Shown: one piece after another, positions 1 to 7,470 of the stretch
Layout of the letters: each line of letters starts with the position of its first letter
How positions within the stretch are numbered: position 1 is the first letter of the stretch
From: an uncultured Chromatiales bacterium
GTDB lineage: Bacteria; Bacteroidota; Ignavibacteria; SZUA-365
Direction: 5' to 3'
DNA: 64,000 nucleotides
NCBI GenBank assembly: GCA_964371045.1
Contig: CAYJMN010000004.1
Location: 59,794 to 123,793, forward strand
Made by a program: the position numbers and the translations under genes
The notes under the pieces: generated by a model
The model's input: the letters and a program-made list of their open reading frames with translations, nothing else
What the model was told of the DNA's origin: nothing
Database searches by the model: none

Positions 1-209
1 GATTCGTGGTATCAGTCTCATCCTAGTACGAAGTGCGAGAAATGAAAAGCCGCATACAGTTCCTTCATATCACTCCTGATTAATGCTGTTGCAATAGAAC
101 AACCAAAAAATGAGCTGCGGTAAGTCGATGGCATTGCCACGTTTGATGCTGTGCGAGTCTCTCGCCTGGGTGATATGCGGTTTCCATCTAACATTACTTT
201 AGCTGCTTT

Positions 210-461
210 TCATATGTCGTCCAGCGGACTGCTAGCACCTCTGCCGCCGCGGCTGAGATCGTACGTGTAGAGCAAGGTCGTTTTCACATCCTTGTGTCTA
301 GACAATTCCTGAACCATTCGGATTTCGTAGCCGGCCACCGGAAGCAGTGTCGCGAAGGAATTACGATAGGTGTGACATGTTGCCCGTTTCACCATGCCCG
401 CCTTCCCGACTGCAACGGTAACCGCTTTCTGAATGATCGATTCGTGAACTTGATACCGCAA
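210..461 (-). pseudogene. Tyrosine recombinase/integrase, C-terminal fragment only (83 aa; the catalytic-Tyr region is present, the N-terminal roughly 200 aa are missing)
   Basis: The translation ends ...HTYRNSFATLLPVAGYEIRMVQELSRHKDVKTTLLYTYDL. This matches the conserved C-terminal box of phage-type tyrosine recombinases (R-H-R-Y region, GxxxxxIQxLLGHxDxxTTxIYTH). The ORF is far too short for a full integrase, and the upstream frames (462-696) show no integrase-like continuation. Confidence 0.5.
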
Positions 462-696
462 TTCATGTCCGTTTGTCGTGAGCTTCTAGCGTAGTATATC
501 AATGAAATCTATGAAAAGGATTCTCGAATGTCAAGATATGGGAGCAAAAAATCTCCGTATGTGGAAAATATTTCCCTCGCATGCAGTTAGCCTTGTAGCC
601 TGAACCCAAATCGAAGCGCGAGGAATAGTTCTCACCGCCTACCGCCTCGCGAAAGTACGCCTCGAATATCCCATTTGAGAAGCCGTGCACATAGTT

Positions 697-2165
697 CTAC
701 TGTGTTATAAAAACTACGGTGCATGTGTTTGAGGTTTTCTTGTTTGCGGGTGGTTCCTTCGCTTACACACTGGACAACATGGGAGTCGATGAACAAGCAC
801 CGCAATGATTCTCGCACGCATCGTCGCGATCAAGGATTCAACGTAGCGCTCCCATCGCACGGGTTGCGCCCCGTGGACGGTAGGTTGCGGGTAGCACAGG
901 TGTCCGGAACGGATTCCATCGGGATTCTTCTTCTGGGGGGAAAAGGCCGCGTTCAGCGACCAGAAACGCGTATGCCGCGATGCACATGGTCGCGTGATGG
1001 TGGAACCCCCGCCACCCTCGCCCTTCGAAGTGGTTGAGCCCGATCTCGCTTTTCAATTCCTCATAATCCCGTTCGACACGCCACCGCATCATCACGACAT
1101 GGACCAATTGCCGCAAGGTGCTTCCTTTGGGAAGCGTCGCCAGCCAGAATTTGGTCGGTTCGTCGGCGCCTTCCGGCCATTCAACGAGCAGCCATTCCTC
1201 CCGCGCCACGCCTCCGCGCTCTGGGATGTGGTGCGCGCTGACGACGCGTATCGCCCAGAAACGCGATGTAAGAACGGCCGAGGACCCTTCCCGCCAACGG
1301 ATTTCCTGAAACAAGGTCTCACCGGCATCCCGCGCGAGATCAAGCACCGATACGGGCGGATGCTTCACCTTCTCTCCACGATGCGGTTGCATTCCGGGCA
1401 ACCATACGGTGGTCGACGCCCGCACACCGACCGCGTAGGTCAATCCGAGTTCGGTGAGTTGGTGCCGGAACAAACCGTCGTTGCCATAGCCCGCATCCGC
1501 GAGCACGACACCACGCGGCAGATCGCGTTCGACGAGGGATCCGATCAGACTCATCGCGATCGTGGGTTTTGTCTGGAACCAGAGGTGCTCAGGAACGCCG
1601 CATGCGCTCCGTCGCTCCGGGTCCGTTGCCCACACTTCCGGCAAGTACAATCGGAAGGCGACCGGAAGGCTCGCCTGCGTGTGTGCCACCGAGATCGTCA
1701 CCAGCACTTGGCAGTTTTCTTGTTTCCCAAAACGCCCACAGTACTGTCGGGCGACGCCAACCGAGCGCTTGCCTTTCTTTGGCAAACCGGTGTCATCGAT
1801 GATCCATGCTTCGATGGGTTCGATCGTCTCGATGATGGGGAGCGCGTAGTCAATGATGGCGTGCATGACGGAATCGTTACTCCAGGGCGCATCGGCAATA
1901 AAATGATGCATCGACTGGTGTTTCTGCCGCACATGATCCGGATCGATGCGAGCCGCCATCGGCTCGACGCTTTTGCGTTCGCCGGGCAGCAGCAAGCCGC
2001 TGCAATAGTCTCGCAACGGTTCAGCGCGATCGGCGTGGCCTATGGCGGCGGTAAGTCGATTCATGTACGCATCAAAGCGTAGTTCGGGTGTCGAAGGTAG
2101 TGGCATCGGATCTCCATGAGTGTTTTCGATGCCGTAAGATACGAAATATTTTTATAACATAGTAG
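697..2165. mobile_element. IS701-family insertion sequence (~1.47 kb) with imperfect terminal inverted repeats
   Basis: The left end CTACTGTGTTATAAAAAC (697-714) and the right end ATTTTTATAACATAGTAG (2148-2165) are reverse complements of each other, 17 of 19 positions matching. They bracket a single DDE transposase ORF. The size fits the 1.4-1.5 kb typical of IS701. I could not read a clean target-site duplication. Confidence 0.65.
838..2106 (-). CDS. IS701-family (IS4-superfamily) DDE transposase, 422 aa
   Basis: A full-length ORF. The N-terminal region ...SMHHFIADAPWSNDSVMHAI... and the overall layout (DDE catalytic core, C-terminal HHH...) are characteristic of IS701-type transposases. 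Confidence 0.85.
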   Translation of the reverse strand: MPLPSTPELRFDAYMNRLTAAIGHADRAEPLRDYCSGLLLPGERKSVEPMAARIDPDHVRQKHQSMHHFIADAPWSNDSVMHAIIDYALPIIETIEPIEAWIIDDTGLPKKGKRSVGVARQYCGRFGKQENCQVLVTISVAHTQASLPVAFRLYLPEVWATDPERRSACGVPEHLWFQTKPTIAMSLIGSLVERDLPRGVVLADAGYGNDGLFRHQLTELGLTYAVGVRASTTVWLPGMQPHRGEKVKHPPVSVLDLARDAGETLFQEIRWREGSSAVLTSRFWAIRVVSAHHIPERGGVAREEWLLVEWPEGADEPTKFWLATLPKGSTLRQLVHVVMMRWRVERDYEELKSEIGLNHFEGRGWRGFHHHATMCIAAYAFLVAERGLFPPEEESRWNPFRTPVLPATYRPRGATRAMGALR

Positions 2166-2282
2166 GAATAGCTGCAACTCATCCTGAATTCCAATTCGAG
2201 TTTCTGCTTTTCGATGCGCGTAAAGTTACTTTTTTTGCCCAGTTGTCACTCCACCTGCTTCCTTTACTCAGGCCACTCCGGC

Positions 2283-2450
2283 TTACACCCCGGCATCACG
2301 TTCCGGGTAGCTCTCATAGACATGCTCGAACACCGCCGAGCATTTCTGCTTGTAGAGCTCGGGCGTGTAGGCGCGCGGCAGACCCGAGTCAAGCGTGTCT
2401 TCGATGGTGAGCTTCAACTGTGAGCGTGCCGATGACTTCTACCGCCCGTC
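2283..2450 (-). pseudogene. C-terminal remnant (~50 codons) of a larger gene, possibly the C-terminus of a type I restriction HsdR-like protein
   Basis: The minus-strand frame opens immediately after an in-frame stop and reads KSSARSQLKLTIEDTLDSGLPRAYTPELYKQKCSAVFEHVYESYPERDAGV*. It has no start codon and no upstream continuation. The YTxELYxxKxxxVFxHVYxSY motif is, from memory, like type I R-subunit C-termini; I could not search this. Confidence 0.25.
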
Positions 2451-2604
2451 AGTGTTCATTGGCGGGCGGTATGTTTTGTGGTTGCGGTCAGTCGTTCAAG
2501 AGTCAACATACTTTTTACAGTCAGTCAAAATCGTCCATCGTTCTGATGAAAGCCCGCGTTTCCGCAGCTCAAAAGCTCAAACACGATATGATTCTTCTAC
2601 ATAA

Positions 2605-3225
2605 TTGAGACTTTTTGCGTATTGCGAGAATAAAAAACAGCCACCGAATTATTCTGTTGCCTTCTGTATTTACTTTCAGAAACTTATAGACTGGAGGAAC
2701 CAAATTATTACGCGCCGCTTGCAGATTCCAAACGAGATCGTGGAGAAAAGAATACGCCCTGGCGTCCGTTTCGAGAATTGGATTGATCCTATGCCAGGTG
2801 AGACCAGCTGGAGCACGAACCAAATGATTGGAGCCTATGAAGCGGGGCTGACCGAGGAAGTAAAAAAGGCTATGGTGGTCCTCGAAGAATGGGCGGCGGC
2901 GATTGAGAGCGAGAACATTACTAAGGCTGGCGACCATGCACAGCAGGTATTGGATATTCTGCACAAAAGAGGAATGCACCCGAAATCCGCAATTGTGAAT
3001 TCAACGCAATTCGACAATCTACGGGTTCTCATTCTTCTACCATTAGAAGAGTATGTGGGAGAGATTTTCGAAGGGATTTATATGGAGGTGAAGGAACGCG
3101 AACCAGCGTGGGAAGAGCCCAGGTATTCGATTGAATTCATGTTCACCAGCTTCGGTGACAACCTGGATGAGGGTTTGCTAAGGGCGGACGGTTATATAGT
3201 ACATCATATCTCTCTCGGGAAATGA
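2605..3225 (+). CDS. Hypothetical protein (up to 206 aa; the ORF opens at TTG, so the true start is uncertain). It sits in an AT-rich, low-GC segment
   Basis: A long ORF in a segment whose GC (about 45%) is well below the window average, so it looks foreign. Its stop overlaps the next ORF start as ATGA (GAAATGAG at 3222-3225), which suggests translational coupling. I recognise no family. Confidence 0.45.
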   Translation: MRLFAYCENKKQPPNYSVAFCIYFQKLIDWRNQIITRRLQIPNEIVEKRIRPGVRFENWIDPMPGETSWSTNQMIGAYEAGLTEEVKKAMVVLEEWAAAIESENITKAGDHAQQVLDILHKRGMHPKSAIVNSTQFDNLRVLILLPLEEYVGEIFEGIYMEVKEREPAWEEPRYSIEFMFTSFGDNLDEGLLRADGYIVHHISLGK

Positions 3226-3434
3226 GAAAAAAGCATGCCAAATACAACGAATTGCTCTGCGAGGTTTTGGCTGAGGATGGCCGTTGGGATGATTGGGTTG
3301 TAACAACTGCATTCTATTCGGCGATGCATTTTGTTGAGTTTAAACTCTTCCCAATGAGGGAGGCAGGGACCAGTTACCCGGCTTTCGAACAATATGATCA
3401 CGGCTACACTTCTATGAGCAGAAGAGCTTCCTGA
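3222..3434 (+). CDS. Hypothetical small protein (70 aa), translationally coupled to the upstream ORF
   Basis: The ATG overlaps the upstream stop (ATGA). Same AT-rich composition. The sequence MRKKHAKYNELLCEVLAEDGRWDDWVVTTAFYSAMHFVEFKLF... matches no family I recognise. Confidence 0.4.
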   Translation: MRKKHAKYNELLCEVLAEDGRWDDWVVTTAFYSAMHFVEFKLFPMREAGTSYPAFEQYDHGYTSMSRRAS

Positions 3435-3686
3435 TGAAAGGTTCCCTGCCGACGCCCGCCCACTTTCATCTAATCCCTTGACTTCCATTTTTCTTCCGTT
3501 TTTCTTTCGCGAGGATTGACATACGCGTATTTTCTTCGTACAATTTCGCGATAGATTCTACAGAAGATACTCGATGCCCCTGCTGGCCTTGCATCCGCAT
3601 ACCACGAAAAACGTGCTGTTGTGTGGATATGTAGATCGCAGAAATCCGATTTTGATGCAATGCAATAACGAAGAGAAACCTCATTT

Positions 3687-5735
3687 GTGGAGGGTACGAT
3701 GAAGAAACGAAAGATCTTTTCTGTAACGACGGGTCTTCTTTTAGTAGCCCTGTTTTCAGCGGAGGGACAGACCGTCGATTGGAGATTCGGGTTGGAATGG
3801 AATGAGGGAACGCTGCTCGGATGGAGCGATCCCATCCTTGAGCAACTTCTCGGGACATTGGAAGAACTGGGCACCGCCGGAGGCATCAATGTCAATGCCC
3901 ACGGAAGTTGGGGAGTGATGCAGAGCGGCCCTTCAGCGTCGATCAACTGGGCACAAAACGATGCTATTGTCAGGCTCTTTCAACGGTATGGTTTCTCGTT
4001 GACCTGGTATATTGCCAGCAGTGCTCCCTGGGCATTTCCCAATAAGCCCAATTGCCAACCGGATACTGTTTTGGGAGTCGTGATCTACCGGAACTGCTCC
4101 CCCGAACCCGCATTCGAATCCAACTGGATAGATTTCATCAAAGCGGTCGTCGAGCGCTACGATGGCGATGGCATGGACGATATGCCTGGTTTGAGGAAAC
4201 CGATTCAATTCTACATCCAACCAGGCGAGATCAAGTTCGGCATGACCGGCACCGGCGATGCGGAATCGGGACCGTTCTGGTTCGACAGCATCAACAACCT
4301 CCTGCATTTGCACCGGATAACGTATCAGGCCATTCACGAGGCCGATCCTACGGGCAACTCCAAGGTTGTTTCTAGCGGTGCGCTATTGTGGGACCTGTAT
4401 GCCGATTTCCCGGATTGGCCTGCGTTCGATTCCAGCGATCCCAACAGTAAAATCCTGAAACGCCTGGGTGGCGAAAACCATAAGGGGAGTACCTACGTCG
4501 CCGGGTGGGACAGTCTCAAAAAAATGCTCGACAGCTTCGGCAACGACGCCGATGGCATCGAGTGCGATTACGTGGGTTGGCACCCTCATTTTAGTTGGCG
4601 GGTGATCGATCAGGAATTTGCTCTCATCCGCGCACATGCCGGCAACAAGCCAGTGTACGTCGATGACATGTGGGCGAACCTGTACGCCCAGGGCTATGTC
4701 GCCCCCCTGCCCGGTATTCCCGGTGAGGCACAATTCCAAGCCCCGTCCAATCCGTTCGCTGGCACAGATTGGATCAAGCGGATTAACGGCGATTTTCCCA
4801 ATTCTCTTTTCCCGGGGATCGATCCCTACGCCACGCTGTATCAGAAACTGAATCAGGATGATCAGGCGGCGCTGGACTGGTACTATGCAAACGGAGCCCG
4901 GCGGTTGGTGAAATCCATCGTATCGGCTTTCGGCGAGGGTGCGGAACGTGTTTCCTTCTCCGGTACCAACGATGTACCGCGGAGCATTCTTCCCATTAGT
5001 CGCGGCTGGCCGGGCGGCTGGATCAATCTCCTCGGGACTCGCCAGGAAGATTACTTCAAGAAGCCGCAGTTTCACACGCTCAAACTGTTGATAGAAAAGC
5101 TGCATGATTTCACCGCAGTCAAGGGCGTTGCGGTGACCCACGATCCGCGCACGCGAGTCTATGAATTTGATCGCCCGGCTCGCGGTCCGGTCTATGTACT
5201 CTGGAGTGAAACCGGCGAGGCACCACCGGACCTGAACTACCGCAATTCCGGCGGCGAAACCGTAACCCTGAAAATCATTACGAATGTTTCTCAGCTCAAA
5301 TTGACCCACATCATCACCGACACGATACATACGGAACCAGAGGTGGAGATGATTTCTACGCCTACAGATAGGATCACTATACAATTGGGGTATGAGCCGA
5401 TCTTTTTGGAAGGAGCTTTCTTAACCGATGTTAAGGCCAGTCCACCCTTACTTCCATCTGCGTTCGAACTTGGTCAGAATTATCCCAACCCGTTTCATCC
5501 AGGAACGGTGATTGAATATCATTTGCCCCGGTCCTCCGAGGTGGAAATCTCCATCTTCAATCTGTGGGGGCAAAAAGTGGTCACATTGGTGGGAAGGTAT
5601 CAAACCGCTGGGACGCATACAATCATCTGGAACGGAAGAAATGAATCCGGTGTACCTGTCGCCGCCGGCATTTATCTATATCAAATGAAGGCGGGGTTGT
5701 TCGTGGCGGTAAAGAAAATGCTGGTGGCGAATTAA
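3687..5735 (+). CDS. Secreted T9SS cargo protein (682 aa) with an N-terminal signal peptide, a possible glycoside-hydrolase-like catalytic region and a C-terminal Por/T9SS sorting domain
   Basis: Signal peptide MKKRKIFSVTTGLLLVALFSAEGQ. The C-terminus LGQNYPNPFHPGTVIEYHLPRSSEVEISIFNLWGQKVVTLVGRYQTAGTHTIIWNG...GIYLYQM is a canonical T9SS type-A CTD. The middle region is TIM-barrel-hydrolase-like, but I could not assign a family. Confidence 0.8.
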   Translation: MEGTMKKRKIFSVTTGLLLVALFSAEGQTVDWRFGLEWNEGTLLGWSDPILEQLLGTLEELGTAGGINVNAHGSWGVMQSGPSASINWAQNDAIVRLFQRYGFSLTWYIASSAPWAFPNKPNCQPDTVLGVVIYRNCSPEPAFESNWIDFIKAVVERYDGDGMDDMPGLRKPIQFYIQPGEIKFGMTGTGDAESGPFWFDSINNLLHLHRITYQAIHEADPTGNSKVVSSGALLWDLYADFPDWPAFDSSDPNSKILKRLGGENHKGSTYVAGWDSLKKMLDSFGNDADGIECDYVGWHPHFSWRVIDQEFALIRAHAGNKPVYVDDMWANLYAQGYVAPLPGIPGEAQFQAPSNPFAGTDWIKRINGDFPNSLFPGIDPYATLYQKLNQDDQAALDWYYANGARRLVKSIVSAFGEGAERVSFSGTNDVPRSILPISRGWPGGWINLLGTRQEDYFKKPQFHTLKLLIEKLHDFTAVKGVAVTHDPRTRVYEFDRPARGPVYVLWSETGEAPPDLNYRNSGGETVTLKIITNVSQLKLTHIITDTIHTEPEVEMISTPTDRITIQLGYEPIFLEGAFLTDVKASPPLLPSAFELGQNYPNPFHPGTVIEYHLPRSSEVEISIFNLWGQKVVTLVGRYQTAGTHTIIWNGRNESGVPVAAGIYLYQMKAGLFVAVKKMLVAN

Positions 5736-5739
5736 GAGG

Positions 5740-7440
5740 ATTTTGATGAGTCGAATACGTGGTACTGCGAATATTGATCCCGTGTCACAAACGAGACACA
5801 CGCGGCTGACTCTGAGCTGAGTGGACGAAAGGGCTCTCGCTACCTACACCGGTTTTATCCGCTGTCACAGTTTCCTTTTCACCAGAATGTTCCGTGTGGT
5901 CAATCCTCCAGCCGCCCACGTTCGTATCGGGCTGAATGAGATGAATGCTCTCTTTACTTAACGGCTTCTTCTCCGAACTCACAATCCTCGCACGATCGTT
6001 CTGCGGCGGCTCGTGGGTATGAAATTATGGACGTACCTATTCTCCTTGTGCGTTACGGAACGAATCATGCTTCTCCGCAGTAGCGGAGTCACCGGACAAC
6101 CTCAGAGGATCATCTTGAGATCTTGCTGCGGTGGCGCACTTCTTTTGACGTCAGGGACGTGCCCTCGTTTCCTCGTGTGTAAAGGAACGAATCATGCTTC
6201 GAGACGCCTCCGAAGAGGGACTTCAAAATTCCAATAATTCTCTTCGCGGCGGCTCCTGCTAATGACATCATTTAAAATCGGCTTGAATCGTCCTGATTTC
6301 GTAAACTCCCGCCCCGAACACAACGAACCCGGCGTCTGGCGCTGGAGATAATGCCCTCTCCGCCCTCTCCTCTGCCCGTCTCCCATCGGTGAGGATGAAG
6401 GGAGATTTTTCTAAATGCCACAAGTAGAACCCCTCTCCTTCTGGGAGAGGGGCAGGGGAGAGGGCAAGCAAGTACGCACGGCTTTCGCTATTCACACACG
6501 ATCCCAGGGAACCACCATGAACATCACTTCGATCCTCGCCCGTGGAGTAAGCTGTGCGCTGAGCGAAGTTTATGCAGTGCTTAAGGCGCAGATTCGGAAG
6601 TTGTTAAGCGCTGGATCGAATTACTTCCCCCTCTTCCTCCCACCTCTCTCGTGAGAGAGGACGGCCGGGGGTCGAAGACCGTAGGTCGGAGACTCGCTGC
6701 GGCGAGGTCGAAAGCCGAAGGCTGTACACTCGCCACGGCGAGGTGAGGGGTGAGCTAGTTTTCTCGAGTCTCCCCGTACGTTACGGAAGCAATCATTCTT
6801 CGAGACGCCGCCGAAGTAAACTCGTGGAAGCATGGACACTCACTCCGCGGCGGCTCCTGTTAATGACATCATGCAAAATGGGCGGAATCCTCATTTTCGC
6901 CTTCATCAACTCACCCCCCCGGCCCCCTGGTAGAGAGGGGGGAGGAAGAGGGGAAAATCAGTGATTTCCGTAGACGAGGCGGATTAAACATGATCGCCGA
7001 TACATAGATCCAACCTGTTGTCATCCTTGAAATGGACCAGCGTACGGTGCTGGTGGGCACACTCAGCATGACGAGCTTGGTTAGCGCGGATCCATACCCT
7101 CATGTCATCCACGAAATGGACCGGTGCGCAGCGCTGGTGGGCACACTCATAGTAACGATGTTGACTACACTCTTCGGAACCAAAAGCCTCCACATCATGA
7201 GCAGCGCTATCGACCATCTGTATCCACTATATCCTCTCCTCAGCGTCTCTGCGCCTCTGCGTCTCTGCGTTGAATTCTTCTCCCTTTGCGATAAAAAATC
7301 AATGAGGATCTGCGTTATCACTCGAGCGTAAGTTTGTGCGGATCGAGATTTTATCGCAGAGAGAAATTTGAGGGCGCATCTCTCTTGACACTCAGCCCGA
7401 AAATGCTGTTATTGGGTAACATAATCCTGTAAACGGCTGG
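5740..7440. repeat. Non-coding repeat desert (~1.7 kb) built from several dispersed repeat modules
   Basis: No ORF longer than 100 aa. It contains copies of GTTACGGAACGAATCATGCTTC (6044, 6182, 6779), GCGGCGGCTCCTG(C/T)TAATGACATCAT (6236, 6843), G/C-rich hairpins CCCTCTCC...GGAGAGGG (6350-6470) and CCCCCGGCCCCCT...AGGGGGGAGG (6610-6660, 6920-6960), and two tandem copies of the GTCATCC...GCGCTGGTGGGCACACTCA element (7024-7075, 7098-7150). It also has the octamer tandem CTCTGCGCCTCTGCGTCTCTGCG (7245-7270). Confidence 0.6.
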
Positions 7441-7470
7441 TGAATTGTGCCATAACATGGAATGTGACCA

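Noticed and set aside
1-209. A tRNA gene or attachment site flanking the integrase fragment
   Set aside because: I found no tRNA-like T-loop or anticodon-arm sequence (GGTTCGAATCC-type) by eye in 1-209 or 462-696. The integrase itself is only a fragment, so an intact integrative element is unlikely.
7032-7331. ORFs inside the repeat deserts (for example 7032-7331, 9714-10142, 10529-10960, 17334-17867, 17446-17667) that share peptides such as VIHEMDRCAALVGTL
   Set aside because: The shared peptides are translations of the dispersed ~50-bp element in different copies. The ORFs have no start context and no compositional coding signal. They are repeat artefacts.
5740-7440. A CRISPR array, considered because of the many short direct repeats (8-, 9- and 18-mers) and the absence of ORFs
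   Set aside because: The repeat units are 7-18 bp and contiguous, with no spacers, and there are no 25-40-bp repeats with unique 30-40-bp spacers. No cas genes are nearby. These are simple tandem repeats and hairpin elements.
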